This document shows, piece after piece, positions 1-13,085 of a stretch of DNA of 64,000 nucleotides. Made by a program: the position numbers and the translations under genes. The first letter of the stretch is position 1; the number at the start of each line of letters is the position of its first letter. The DNA is from Hydrolagus affinis (taxonomy: Eukaryota): positions 62,001 to 126,000 of the forward strand of contig JAAILG010000003.1 in assembly GCA_012026655.1 (NCBI GenBank), given 5' to 3'. The notes beneath the pieces were generated by a model that was not told where the DNA came from, searched no databases, and saw nothing but the letters and a program-made list of their open reading frames with translations.

Positions 1-84
1 GATCATATTGTACGATCATTTTTTTTAATAGAAAACTATTACAGTATATGGACTATACTTCAAATCGGAAGACACTAAACTTAC

Positions 85-218
85 GGCCCCTCATTTAGGT
101 AATTTGGGTTTGTTAAAGATCCCATGGTGACTCTTTTGAAGGAAAGCAGGGAATTCTTTAAATATTCAGCTCTCATTGAAATTCACACACAAAAAAGATT
201 AATTGGTCATTCATCTCA
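85..218 (+). mobile_element. Deu-domain SINE fragment
   Basis: gttaaagatcccatggtgactcttttgaaggaaagcaggg matches the core of the copies at 15.4 kb and 48.6 kb. Confidence 0.6.
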
Positions 219-3200
219 AAGATCAGAATCTACTTTTTTTTATTTTGTGCTCATTTCAATTCCACTCAGCAGATTTCAGAGAAACTGAAAAGAAAATGTC
301 AGATAGATCACCGGTCACAACAAATAGACATTCAGAATGTATAATTAAGAAACAGTAAGTGCACTGAAGAGTATTACAAAAGTAAAACAGCAGACAAAAA
401 AATCAAAAAGGAACAGATTTAAAGATTAAGATGAATTGAAATTGAAAAACTTTTACAAAAGTGATTTAAAGAGTATACAATTAGAACCCTTTTTTTGTTC
501 AGCTGGGTGTCTGATATCTGCAGAAACCCATCACCCTGTTTTGATAACCAAACCAGACAAAACTCCACTTACGTATACTGCCTACACATGCAAAATCTCC
601 CTGCGTCTGAAACGAACTGCGCTGAAATGACCTTCTGAAGGCACCCACCCTGCTTACCTAATTCTGGAAAGTGTTAGATGTATGTTGGTGAGAGCTAAGG
701 CCTTCGGACCCCAGAATGTGCATTGTGGTTACTGCTAGGTTTCAACTAAAGAAATCTGCATTGCTAGAGCCCTGTTTAGTAATCTCTTCATTGCTTTGTT
801 GTGCTTGGATCACTCGACTTGTTTTGCTTTGGCTTGCGGTGCTACCAGGAACAGTGGGAGGAATCCTCATCCCTGTGACCGCATGATGAGCTTGGCTTTC
901 TGGTTTGTCATTAACAGTGCCCAGGATTAATGTGAACTCGTCTGGTTCAGAAACAGGACAAACTGAAACTAACAGAGTGTCAACTCAATTCAAACGTTTC
1001 ATTCTTAAGCACAACACCTTGAAACCAGCGTCGCCCAAGGTGACAACACTTACTAACCCCCACAAGGAAGATTATGGGGGTAAACATTGTGACATGCGAA
1101 TCGATGATGAAGTGGAACAGCTGATATATGCCCCCAAAGAAACAGAAAAAGGAATCAGCATTGAGGTAAAAAGAAAATAGTTGTCCAGAGATCTACTTAC
1201 AAGTGAAAAGGAAGTTAGATAGATACACTTGCATCATTCTTACCTCGCGCACAATGCCATGTTCCCTTCCCTTTATTGCAGGACCAGATTTCCTTTTCTT
1301 TTTTTTTTACGAAAAGCATCAATAATCACACCACATTAAGTTTCACCAAATATATTCTCAAGTGCAGTGCAGCAAAATTGAAACAATCATTCTACCAGAA
1401 AAAAAAGATCATGACCATGGGAAACAAACTCTGAGAAATTGGCTTCAGTTTCCATCACAACAAATATCTTACAGATTCACTGCTGTTTGCTTTTATTATT
1501 GGTTGTGATTATGATAACCCAAATCTCTCCAGAAGCAGCAACTAGAGACATTTGGACCAACTGTAGTTTGTTCGACAATATTTAATTGCATATTTGTCGA
1601 TACATTTCTTCATTGCACAATCAAACACATCACGCATTAAGTTTTTTTTGGAAAATAAAGTAATCTTGCAGTTTGAAGCATAGATAAGGAACTGTTTTGT
1701 TGAGACAGATAAACAGAAAACTGAGCGCAGAGTACAATAAGTAATTCCCCTGCAATCAATCACCAATACAAATAAGAACAGCAGCAATTCTCTATTTTGG
1801 CAATTTAAAGTGTTGTATTTTTTCTTCGTTTTACACACCATCTTTGGCAATTTTTCTGCTCTATCAGAGTACATCAGAGCAGAGCTGTAGGATATAAAAA
1901 TGTCAATGGAGACCACGGTTGGGAGTAGAGCAAAGAATAAACTGAATATGTGTATGTAATCAAAGACATAAATCTGGAAAAGCAACACTTGACGCCTTCT
2001 CTACAAGTTTCATGCACAGAAATATAGTGATCTAGTTATAAATTAGCTGATTCAATTCAAATATGTCCATTTATGTACAGATATAAGTTATGTCAACAGC
2101 ATGTCAACAGCATGAAATAACTTGCAAATAACCCATCCATTTAAACACAACCTGGGGGTCAGAAATTACATTCGAATTCCAGTTGAATATCTCCAGCAGT
2201 AGCTTATTGACTGAACTGTCAGAGGTACAGGACACAATGGTACTGCTTAATTTCTCCAATTGTAAATCTGGGGTAAATTCTCATTGATGAATCCACTGAA
2301 ATGAATTGCAATACAGCTAAGAAACGGGAGAAAAATAATTCCATATAAAAAAAACACCAGGGGGGACACTATTGTCCCAATTATGTCTTTCTCTACCGTG
2401 GACATTCTACAACTATTAAGACAGATGTGCAGGTAGTATAATGCCCTTACCTTTGGCCTTTGTGAAACGCTAACACGTTTAGCTGCACAGATGCTTGCCT
2501 ATAGTTACACTAAGGTCTGATCACAATTGATATATTCCACCTTGGGGTTTCATATTTTCATGAGTTATTGTTGCCTAGCAACTGATTTTTTATTCATTGG
2601 TTTCCAGTGACAACTCCTTGTGCTACGCTGATTTTCAATCCGCATCCATCAACACAAGCTTTGTTGTAACACAAAGTTTGGGATCCATAAAATCCACTAC
2701 AATTAGATGGGGAAGGCAGTTTCACTCCACATGGGTGCTGACGACTGGCTCACTCCCTGGACGCTGGTTAGTTCCTGCGCTAAAATAATGAGATACTCGT
2801 GCATGTGCAGCAAACAGGAAGTCATCCATAACAACCCAAAGACCCAGAATTCAGAAATTTTTGTTTTGAGATTTGAACAAATCGAGTAAAAAGAATCATT
2901 TAAGTGGTGGAAATGATTGGATATGGTGTGATGAGAAGTGGAGTGCTAAACATTTTATTTAAGATTATATTTTGTGCATTTTAGCGATACAAAGTGAACA
3001 GGACAGAAATACCGTATTAACTGACGTGTGACTACTTTTATTGCCTCCTCATTTCAATGTTTGTTTCAATGTCAGCGTGCAAGGTGAAAAACAAATGATC
3101 ACGTTGAGGAAGCTGGAAACTTCACTGGACCAATTGGTAGTCCGAAGTTTAAGTAAACACTGACAGAGTTTCTCACTTTAATGAGTTTAGTGGTTTCATG

Positions 3201-3810
3201 CCATTATATATGCACGCCGCATGGAGTCCCAGTGTCTTGGGACATCTTGCCAATGTGAAAGCCGTCATATAAATGTGATTTTGTATTGTACTGTACTTGT
3301 AAGCTAGTTACAAAACATTCAAGTAATGATTCTAATAGTGCAGCCTTGATGGTGCAGTGGATAGAACTACTAGGAGCTCGTTAGCAACCTGAGCGTGCTA
3401 GCAACCTGTAGCAAAATAATTGAACACATCAGATATTTGTTAAAAATCTCACAGGTTTTCAAAGCCACTTACAATTAAGTCACAATTCCGTCCCATAGAG
3501 ATGACCGTCCTGTTTACAGTTCTCAGTAGTTTCTCCATAATTATCTGGACATGTCTCTGTGTTGGTCCCTAGGGTGGGAATTAAGCCAAAAGAAATGATT
3601 ACCAAAGAAAACTAATGGAACACAAAACAGATTTTTTCATTAAAATCCATCTTCATTTCTAGGTGTAAATCATTTATAATTCTACACAAGTTCAAGACAA
3701 CAGAATGAATAACATGAAATATTAAAAACAAATGCGGTCAGATAAAGTACAGAGATTCCTTAATCACAGCTTTTTTCACAAAAAATTCATAAAACCATTT
3801 CCTGCCACTC

Positions 3811-4867
3811 ATAATAAAAATCCTTGCATTTGATAAAGCGCTTCTCTTCTAGATGTTTCAAAGCGCTTCACAGAAAATACTGTAAGGTGAATTGACTCGA
3901 TTCCAGGACCACTGCTTTTCTGCCAAACATCACCAAGCCAGCAAGGAACCTAGGTGTCTTGTTCGATTCTCAACTGTCTTTTTTCCCCCACATCCAAGCC
4001 ATGACCCACTCTGCCTTTCCTCACCTCCGCAACATTGCCCGACTCTGCCACTATCTCACCCCTCAGGCCGCTGAAACGCTCATTCATGCCTTCATCACAT
4101 CCAGTCGACTACGCCAACGCCTTCCCATTTCCTCTCTCCATAGGTTACAGATCATACAGAACTATGTGGCCCCTGTCCTCCACCATTCCAAGCTCAGCGA
4201 CCACATCTCCCCCATTATTGTCCGACTCCATTGACACCCCATCACCCAGAGGATTCAATTCAAGATACTGGTCCTCATTTTCTAGCCCTTCATGGCCTAC
4301 CTTTGCTACCTCCTAACACCCTATCAACCAGCCCGCACCCTCCGCTCTGCAGGCTCCGGCCTGTTCCATGTCCCCTGACCCACCCACCCCACCATCGGTG
4401 GGCAAGCCTTCAACTACTCTGCCCCTTAACCTCTGGAATTCCATTCCGCAGTCCCTCCGCCTCGTCCCTCCCTAGCCTCCTTCAAGTCTCTCAAAACCCT
4501 CCTCTTCGACGGTCCTGTCAGTCACCCCAAATCTCCTCTATTCCCGCTACATTGCCTGATCTCAACCCAGGCTCAGGTCTGAAATACTGACTGTCCAGCG
4601 TCTTGGAACGTCCTCCTGAAGTGAAAGGTACTATACAAATGTAATTTTGTTGTTGTTGTTGTATATTTGTGGGTGAAACACGGCAGCCATTTGTGCACAG
4701 CAATGTCCCACATGTAAGAATGAGTGACTGTTTTTTTTTGAGGTATGTGGGGTAAGGAAACAAGGTTTTGCCCTGCCTAGAATTGAACCCCCAGGTCTCT
4801 TGCTTGAGAGGCAAGTGCTCTAACCGCTGAGCTACAGGACTCCACCCGCTAAGCTACAGGACTCCAC
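3811..4867 (-). mobile_element. tRNA-derived SINE split in two (tail 3811-3897, head/body 4661-4867) by an L2 insertion
   Basis: The halves join (gaattgact|gtatatttgtggg) into the reverse complement of the intact copy at 37018-37328; A/B-box head at 4780-4845. Confidence 0.85.
3898..4660 (+). mobile_element. L2-clade LINE, 5'-truncated, decayed ORF2 C-terminus plus 3' UTR
   Basis: Frames give RNLGVLFDSQLSF..HI....HLRNIARL....AETLIHAFITS, typical of the L2 ORF2 C-terminus; ends in a (TTG)n tail. Confidence 0.9.
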
Positions 4868-6149
4868 TTGTTTATTTCTGTGTTAACCATTGTGTCAGGA
4901 TCGACGGAAAAAAATAGGTGAAAATAATTATTGCTTTTGGGAATCGTTTTAAAATGTAGCCTCGTGGAAAATGACCTTTAACGAGTTCAGGGAAACACTT
5001 AAATGCGAGGGATCCAATCCAGTGAGCCAGCATTTCCAGTTAAGTGTAATTGCTGGCGTTTTTTTTTTAAAAAACACGGTGATAAATGCCGACGCCAGTA
5101 ATTGTTTGAATCATGCGAGCAGAATATGGCGAGCAAGTCGATGTCCCTGGCCATTGTAAAAGACAGCAAAGTGAAGCTCCTCTCTATTGGTGATGCCATG
5201 TGCAGGGAGAATTAGGAGTCGATAGTCTACACATTTGCAGGCCCGCAGAAATTAGTTGTTTTATTTTTTGCTTGGGGGTGTTATGGGCCTGGGTTGGCTA
5301 AGTTTGAATTCCAGACGTATAGTTTCTGGTAAGCCAAGGTTTACTGAAAATCATAGCATGATTTGAAAATGAAGACATTTTACCCTGCAATTATTCTTTC
5401 CACTGGTCAATTCAAACATCAGGTGCTGCAGAAAACTTGCCCTGGTCTCAACAATGGAAATGCTGGGATAAGCAGTTTTACAACTAATTCAGGTGAACCC
5501 AAGCATAATGTTTTCCTTGCTTAAAGACTGTCAGACCTCCTGTATTGGTCTTCAACACAAAACGTTCACGGTAGGGAAGATCCATGACTAGAATATAAAG
5601 TTGTAACTCACATGTAGGAAACAACTGCATGACTAACTTGAGCCATTATATTTTCAATCAAAAGAAAACCTTGATGTTTTTGTGAGGCCACATTTGGATT
5701 ATTAATTGCAATTTGCATCGGAAAGAACATTGATGCATTAGAGAGGGTATGGGAAAAAATGGTGCAGAATAATTCTGGTACTCGGGGCTCTGAACTATGA
5801 AGAGAAATTGAAAACAGCTGAAACTGAGTAAGGTTTTCAAAATGCCAAGAGGCATAAATAATATAGGTACAAGCAGACTTTGACTGCAAATGCAAAGGAT
5901 GCAAGGTGAAATTAATAAGTCTCAGGACTAGTAATAACTTAAGAGGAAATTATTTTATCAGTATACTGCAATGAATATGTAAGCAGTTAACATTATTTCA
6001 ATTAACTGCTTCACAAAAGTGCTCAAGTATTTGATTATAAATGTTGACCCATCATGGCAAAATGCAGACAAACATTTCAAATCAATTGGCAGATCTGTGG
6101 CTAATAATCCCTTCAAAATTATACTAATAATACGGTCACTCAATCCACG

Positions 6150-6287
6150 ATTGTGTGCGGGACACCGCTGTGCGGAATTGGCTGCTGCGTTTCACCCACA
6201 AAACACAGTTACTTCACTTTGCAGTCTATCTTGCGAAGTCCTGAAAATGTGATAAGGCGCTATATCAAATGCAGGGATTATTATTAT
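6150..6287 (+). mobile_element. SINE 3' portion
   Basis: gggacaccgctgtgcggaattggctgctgcgtttcacccaca...gcgctatatcaaatgcagggattattatt, shared with many copies in the window. Confidence 0.85.
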
Positions 6288-6753
6288 CTCAGTGATGGGG
6301 AGATGTGTGTGATAGTGAGTCAAGGTGATGGTCAACGGAAATTTATATGGAGAATGTAGTCAAACAGAAAGGCTGAAGTTGCCCATGATAAGCAAGCACT
6401 CAGAAATTCAGGGACGTTTGGATATGGGAGATTTGTCATGGTGAAAAGTACGAACACACAATTTACAGTTCGACAAAAGTGTTTTCAACTGACATTGTGA
6501 ATTAGAGGGCTGATGGAATAGTCACAAAGTCAGGATTTTCAAATTTCATGCAGAAAACAATGACAGAGATATACCTCAAACATATATCTATTATAGTGCA
6601 GCTGCATAACACCATAGAATACTAATATGAATCTAATTCAAACACTTTGAGAATTGCTACGATCTTAACACGTGAAAATATATCAAGTCAATTTCATGCA
6701 ATTGCATTTGCTTGGAAAATTAGGCTCAAAGTATGTAGGATTTATCTACTAAC

Positions 6754-6881
6754 CCCATCCTTTTTGTAGAGTACTTCAAGGATATTGCTAAGCAGCTGGC
6801 AGCATGCCTCCAGTTCTTCTTGTCTTTCCAGGTGGTGTTTCAGCTGATCGGTCATCAAGGGTAGAAGGATTTCTCTGCAGT
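6754..6881 (-). CDS. DOCK1: DOCK1 exon 26 (128 nt) CREILLPLMTDQLKHHLERQEELEACCQLLSNILEVLYKKDG
   Basis: gtctag|AC acceptor, GGG|gttagt donor; within ORF 6742..6927. Confidence 0.94.
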
Positions 6882-9800
6882 CTAGACATGGCAAATAAAC
6901 CAAATTTAAATAATAAACTTTGCTCAAAAGTCAATCTTTCAAATTTCACGATTGAAAAATTCTTCCAAGAACTACGGGGTAACTAGAAAACTACAAAGAA
7001 TGTACAATTGTCAAGATGAAGGTATTCAAAAAATGTTTTGTTTTCCACTTTTTGTATCCAAATAACTGAATGATTAAATTAGAAATTATTTCACCAGAAC
7101 CTCCACACACTCCATATGTCGTATATATACTGGGAATGTGTGTAATAATCTCCTTCAAAAATCTTATCAGCTCAAAAGCAACACTGGACAATGTCGGGAT
7201 AATTATAGAAAATAGAACAATTAAACAATAAACACAATGACTTGGTTCAAATGGGATAGATGAGTGCAATGTTATTTTTACACAAAGAGTGATAAGCAAC
7301 TGGAACAGCTTGCTAGGAAAAGTGGTAGAATACAGGACATACACAAAACTCATTTAAAAGGCAGTTTGATGTATTGATTGCTGGGAGTGGTGGAGGTGGG
7401 AGTGGCCCCAGTTTTGTGATACGTACATTGATGAACACAGAATATTACCAAAATAAGAAACAAGGCTCTTTCAACTCACCAAGGTAGCATTAAATAGAAA
7501 ATGGAAGTTTTGTTTTTTTCCTAGATAGTGTGATTCTTCACTATCTCACTCGTTAGCCTTTACGTCAACCTAGGGCGTGAACGTCATCTATGTAACTAAT
7601 GCTGAAGTTTATACTATTTTTAGACCACAACAACTTTTTGCCAAAATTGTCAAATGCTATTGGTACTTTCCTTGCAGTTTGTAGCTTACCCAAGAAAACA
7701 GCAAAGTAACAGAAAATGTGAAGAACTTGGCTCATCTCTGTGGAGACTGTTGAGGTACTCAATATTATCCGAAGCAGGTTATGGTCATATTTCCATCTAC
7801 ATCGAACTGATTCAGGGAAAGTTTAACTAAGATAGAAATGATTACTGTACTTGTATTCAGAATGCAAGTCATATCTTAGATCTATATTCACTGCTACCTC
7901 ACACTCTTTTATTTTTATAGTGGTAATACCCATTCAGAAACTTCAATATGAGATTTAATATAATTGCAAAATGTATTGAGGCATTGAGAAAATGAGAGGA
8001 TATTAAATGACACCATGGATTCCGTTTGAGTACTGATCGATTCAACAGAAAAGCGATATGGGATGGACAGTCACAAAGCAGCAGGTCTGAAGTTATCAGT
8101 CAACTCAAATTAAAGACGACCTGATTAAGCAATTCCTGTAGAGAATCTTCAGCACTGCCTTGGTATTGAGATATCAGTCCTCCTACAGCTGTATATACAG
8201 TATATTGAAATTATTTAAATCAAGCTGATCCCAAAAAGGTTTCTGCTTTACTTGGCTTGGAATAACAGTGACAAGTTCAGTTTTCAAGACTACACAGCAG
8301 CAAAACGTTTGGTTCTACTAAAGCCCTATACGATGCAATATCTTTTTGCTGAATAATAGGTCAAAGCGCTAATGCTTCACAAAGCACTGCTCAGATCCCC
8401 ACAGAGCATTGGGTACAGCCTTGGTCACCAATTACGGAAAGCTAGAGGCAATGGTATACATTAACCAACCATTCCCAGGTTATGCCTGATGTTTTATCTA
8501 ACCTGGAAGAAATGGAGTACTTCTGGGGCCACCCACAATTAGGCCTCTCTGTACCATGAAGAATTGAGTCTACATTTTAGTAGCTGGGTTGCGTTTTTCA
8601 ATCCAGAAATTAAAAACCTTGCAGTCTTGAGCAGACACTGGAAGACATTTTGCTCATTGCTTTCCATCATTAAATGACAATATTCTCCAAAGACTGACCA
8701 TTGCTGTGGGCCTTGGTCACTGGAACGTACAATTTAATATCAGGAGCTAGCTACAGAAGACAAGGCAGAACCCAAAACAACTGATCTGCACCAGGTTAGA
8801 AGTTCAAACATCCTTGGTGAAAAACAAAAACCACATTACAGATGAAAACTTTTTACAGAGTAAAACAGCTCAACAAGCTCAAACTTTGAAGGGACCATGT
8901 TTACGAGTAGCTCAAGAGTACAAGACAAGTTTGAATTGTTCAACAGCAATATTTCCTTATGTGGCAAATGGCAGAACTCTTCCCCTAGTACTTGAAAAAC
9001 TGAGCAAATGTTGCAGATCACAGGTTTTATTCATCCCAGTGAGCATTGAAAGGTGTCTTTTTTTTTATTTAAAAAAATCAATACAATGTTCAAGGTGACT
9101 TTCCCCATACCAGTTGATACCTCATTTTGTTCTCCCCAACCTGCTGAAGGTGTAATTCACACTGGGACTGCATTTCAAAAGATATTGGCAGCACTGTACT
9201 CACTAAAGTGATGCTTCTTCAATGAGTTTTGGCAGGTTATCTGATCACCTTGCCCATATCAGGGGACAGGGGAAAAATAATAATTTTTTCCTCACTCACT
9301 TTCTAACAGAAATGCACAAAGGCCAAGTGTGCTGTGTTGGTTGTACGCAGATATAACAAATGAGGAAGAAATAGGAATTTTTAATACAGACTTGCTATAA
9401 TTTAACCCTCATTAGTTTCCTTGTCACATGCAATTGAATAGCATTGATCTCAGAATAACCTTGATAAATCAATAGTTTACAACTTCCTTACCATCCTAAA
9501 CAAATCTCCTCAGGTAGTATTGCCAAGGATCAGCTATCAGCTCATAACTATGATGCATGACGATGCCAGAGAACAATGATTCAACATCTGTTCACTCCAC
9601 TTCACACAAATACAAACTTGAGTGATTAATATCGAAGGATCATAAATTCTGAGCCTTTTTATTAATCTTTACAAAGGAAAGGCTGAGAAAATAAAACATT
9701 CTGAGCATTGGTGCATGGATGTCTAGGAAAGTAATTTAAATAGTCAATGAGAGGAGCGACCCAGTTGACTTAATGGGCAAAGGCATCACAGTACTGTACA

Positions 9801-11310
9801 GAGCAAAGGATTGCAAGTCTGCCAGAAAAGCAATAGAAATGCTAAAATTGGCTCAGCAACAATCAGGAGTTCTATTCTGATCACTTACACTACCAATAAT
9901 TGCTGATGCGTGAGAATTGTGTGAGCTTGAACAAGCTTGGCAATAATTTCTCTATACAATCAAATAGCCAGGGAAGATATTACCTTGACCAAGGTATCCA
10001 TAATAACTTACTGAGAGGTTCTTGACTGGACACAAGCAGTTACAAACTTATTTTTTTATGATGCATTTGGCTCTAATAGATAGCACTGAAGTTCTAGATG
10101 GTTCCATGTGGTGCTTGCAAATACTGCACTGTTTCTTTTAAAGAAAAAAATGGTATCAAGAGTGTAAGAGGAGAACTAATGTAGAAAACTGTAGGCACAA
10201 GGGAAATAAAACACCAACAGCTGGTAAAATGTGTAGCACCTAATTGAAGTCTACTATTTTAAATACAATATGTCCATTGATACAGAGTTGTCAAAACACT
10301 GTCTTCAACCCAAGATAAATCTTTAAAAATTGAGACTTATAGTAGCTTTAAACCAATAAACCTACAAACCCATTGCAACAAAGGTATAACAAATCTATCA
10401 GCATCCAAATAATAGCATGTGACAAGCCACCTTCCCCCCCAACCGCACCCTCAAGCAGAAGTTCAAGTTTACAGATTTTTCCATTGCCAATTTTTTTTCC
10501 AGCTTCCTAAAATAATATGTGAAATAGGATATTTAGGCATTAATTCAACTCTGATCCCCAGTCCCAAATCACCCTGGAGTTAGTTGCTAGAACTCAATGC
10601 TATGCTGGAATCTAAATTATTATTTTTTTCCAAAGAAAATTTTAAAGAATAATTCCACGTGCGATCTCATCAGGCCAAGTCAAAACATGAACTACAGATT
10701 TATTTCTTCATCTAACTAATAGTTTGCTGGGTGCAAAATGCATTGCTCCAAAAGTACAAATAAAAAAGTAAGATTCTGTCAAACTTGCTGGAGTAGTGAG
10801 GAAGGATAGACGGATTTATGATCACAAAAAACAATTGGATTTACACAATGTGAAAAATCAAACATGTCACATGAAACTGAAGCAATAATTTGTAGTTTTG
10901 GCCTGGTGCACTTGGGTCCCTCAGGTTAGTGAAAACAAATTTATCAATCTGTCAATTTGTGATGTTAATTTGAAAGCAATCAATAAGCTGGCAAAACACA
11001 AAAAGAATATTTGACTGCAGTAATCTACACAAGCTCTGGAGATTTTATTTATTTTGTAAAACTTGTGGAAACCTATGCCACGGGAATTACTTTTACTGCT
11101 GCACAGAATTTTGTCAGTGAATTTTTACTTGATCTTTCTCCCACACAAACTGAAATTTTAAAACAGTAGTCGAGGACATTGCTGCTCTCACCAAGTAAAT
11201 TTAATTAGCTCAGATACCACAACTCCTGTCACAGAAATGTAGATCAAAACCCAGTGGAAGCTTTATCACCAAGAACAATGTCACTTTAATTATGAGAAAA
11301 TATTACTCAC

Positions 11311-11417
11311 CATGATGTGTGAAGAGGTCACTGTGCACTATTTCTATCAAACAGTAGAGCTTCTGAAGCACTAACTTGCCCGGTGGAACATTGTGGATAA
11401 AATCTGTGAACAGTTTG
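11311..11417 (-). CDS. DOCK1: DOCK1 exon 25 (107 nt) KLFTDFIHNVPPGKLVLQKLYCLIEIVHSDLFTHH(D)
   Basis: tcacag|C acceptor, ATG|gtgagt donor; within ORF 11303..11551. Confidence 0.95.
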
Positions 11418-12589
11418 CTGTGAACAAAGGTGATTAATGAATGTATTATCATCCAGGTGCATCCATAAACATAGTACCAAAAATTCAACAAAAAGGGGCA
11501 CCAAACAATTCTGAAAATTGTAAAATAAATCCCAACACTACCTTCTGCCACCTTCTAACTACCATTTAATCATGGGATTCTGTTGACAACGACATCATTT
11601 ATAATTTGATGGCTTGGTCTGACATCACCTTATGCATCTTCAATTATAGATCTCTGCCACCTATTTTCTGTGCTATTCACTCATCTGTGTAGAGCAGATG
11701 TCCTGCCCTTGAGTTGCCAGAGGATTGGGTTAAAGTTAACCTCACATTCTTCCATTCTTTCCTACCTTTTTGATGGCTAGGATAAGTGAACTTACCATTA
11801 TAGACAATGGCTTTCACAAATGAAAGAAGCCTGGTCCCCAACAGTAATGTATCAAACTAAATATTTAGAGGTAATTGAACCTAATGACAAAATAACTCTC
11901 TGGCAGAGGCAGATCAAGGCTATAATAATTTAGAGAATGTGCAAGCGAAGGAAGGCTTGGCAAAATCTTGCAGAAAAAGATTTCACTTAAATGATTGTGG
12001 TATATTTTGGGGGAAGCAAGTTTATTTTAAGGGCACAATCCAGATATGAACACTTGTACAATGCCCATCGATAACTCTGGAGTACTGTACCAACACTCCA
12101 CACTCAGTAGCAATGGATAACTTAACCAGTGTTCAGAGCTAAGCCAGTACAAAAATTCCAGGGAAACAGTCCTACATATGGATTTATCTCACAATGATAT
12201 AAAAAACTAGTTCTGCCGTAGCTTTGAATGAATGGAAGGCAAGAAGACAACACTGATAGATACCCAAAGAACTTACAATAACTAACAGGAGGATGAATAG
12301 CTCCAAGCACTACAATATTGTAACAATGGATTAGCAATTTTTTAGGTGTGGGGGGGGAGGGGGGAGTTTGAGAAATAAAAGAGAGAAAGGCAAGGAAATC
12401 ACATCCAATTGGTTTGCATTTCTCATTGGTACATACACATTCATTGATACATTCTATGAAATATTAGAAGTACAGCAGACCATCAAAAAGCCTATATTAA
12501 TGGCTGTAGCAAGATCATGCAAGGATTCTTGAAGTCCTGTTTTTTACATGTTCCTAATATCCACTCTAATAAGTGCATAAGAAATGTGT

Positions 12590-13085
12590 AATGAAAAAAA
12601 GCCAAGGTCCATCTAGTTTGCCTTCCACCTTCCTGGAGGTCGCATGCACATATAAGAACATAAGAACAACATAAGAAATAGGTGCAGGAGTGGGCCATTC
12701 GGCCCATCGAGCCTGCCCTGCCATTCAATCATGTCTGATATTCTACTCTAACTCTAGCTACCTGCCTTATCCCCATACCTCTTAATCCCTTTATAAATGA
12801 GAAATCTATCTATATGTCCCAAACTACCTATGTACCATATCCCACAATGTTATTTCCTAAAAGAAACCTATCTAATCTGTGTTTGAAAGAATCGATACTT
12901 ACTGCTTCAACCATCTCCCTGTACTGAAATAGCATTTGCGTAGATTTCTCTGTATTTACCCCCCTTTCAATCGCAGGCCGTGTCTTCTGGTTCTAATATT
13001 CTGGGCAAGCCTATCATGAACTATATTGTCGTGCCCCTTGAGAATCTTCCAGGCAGCAATCATGTCATCTGTCAACCTCACACAA
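12590..13085 (-). mobile_element. CR1 LINE 3'-end fragments (probably two, nested)
   Basis: (ataagaac)n then ataggtgcaggagtgggccattcggcccatcgagcctg is the reverse complement of a CR1 3' terminus; flanks read as decayed ORF2 end. Confidence 0.75.

Noticed and set aside
1237-1300. Strong donor-like site GAG|gtaaga on the minus strand (possible cryptic exon)
   Set aside because: No pyrimidine tract or acceptor upstream (A-rich), and the translation has no DOCK similarity.
1542-1988. 148-aa ORF and the other 60-150 aa ORFs outside exons
   Set aside because: Low-complexity F/L/I/C-rich translations typical of AT-rich intron, many with non-ATG starts, with no domains or splice support.
1-6753. 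Expected next exon (GPTQRHVQIIMEKLLRTVNRTVISMGRD...) and the nested antisense gene INSYN2A/FAM196A that I recall in mammalian DOCK1 intron 27
   Set aside because: I found no such coding sequence on either strand; both should lie beyond the left edge of the window.
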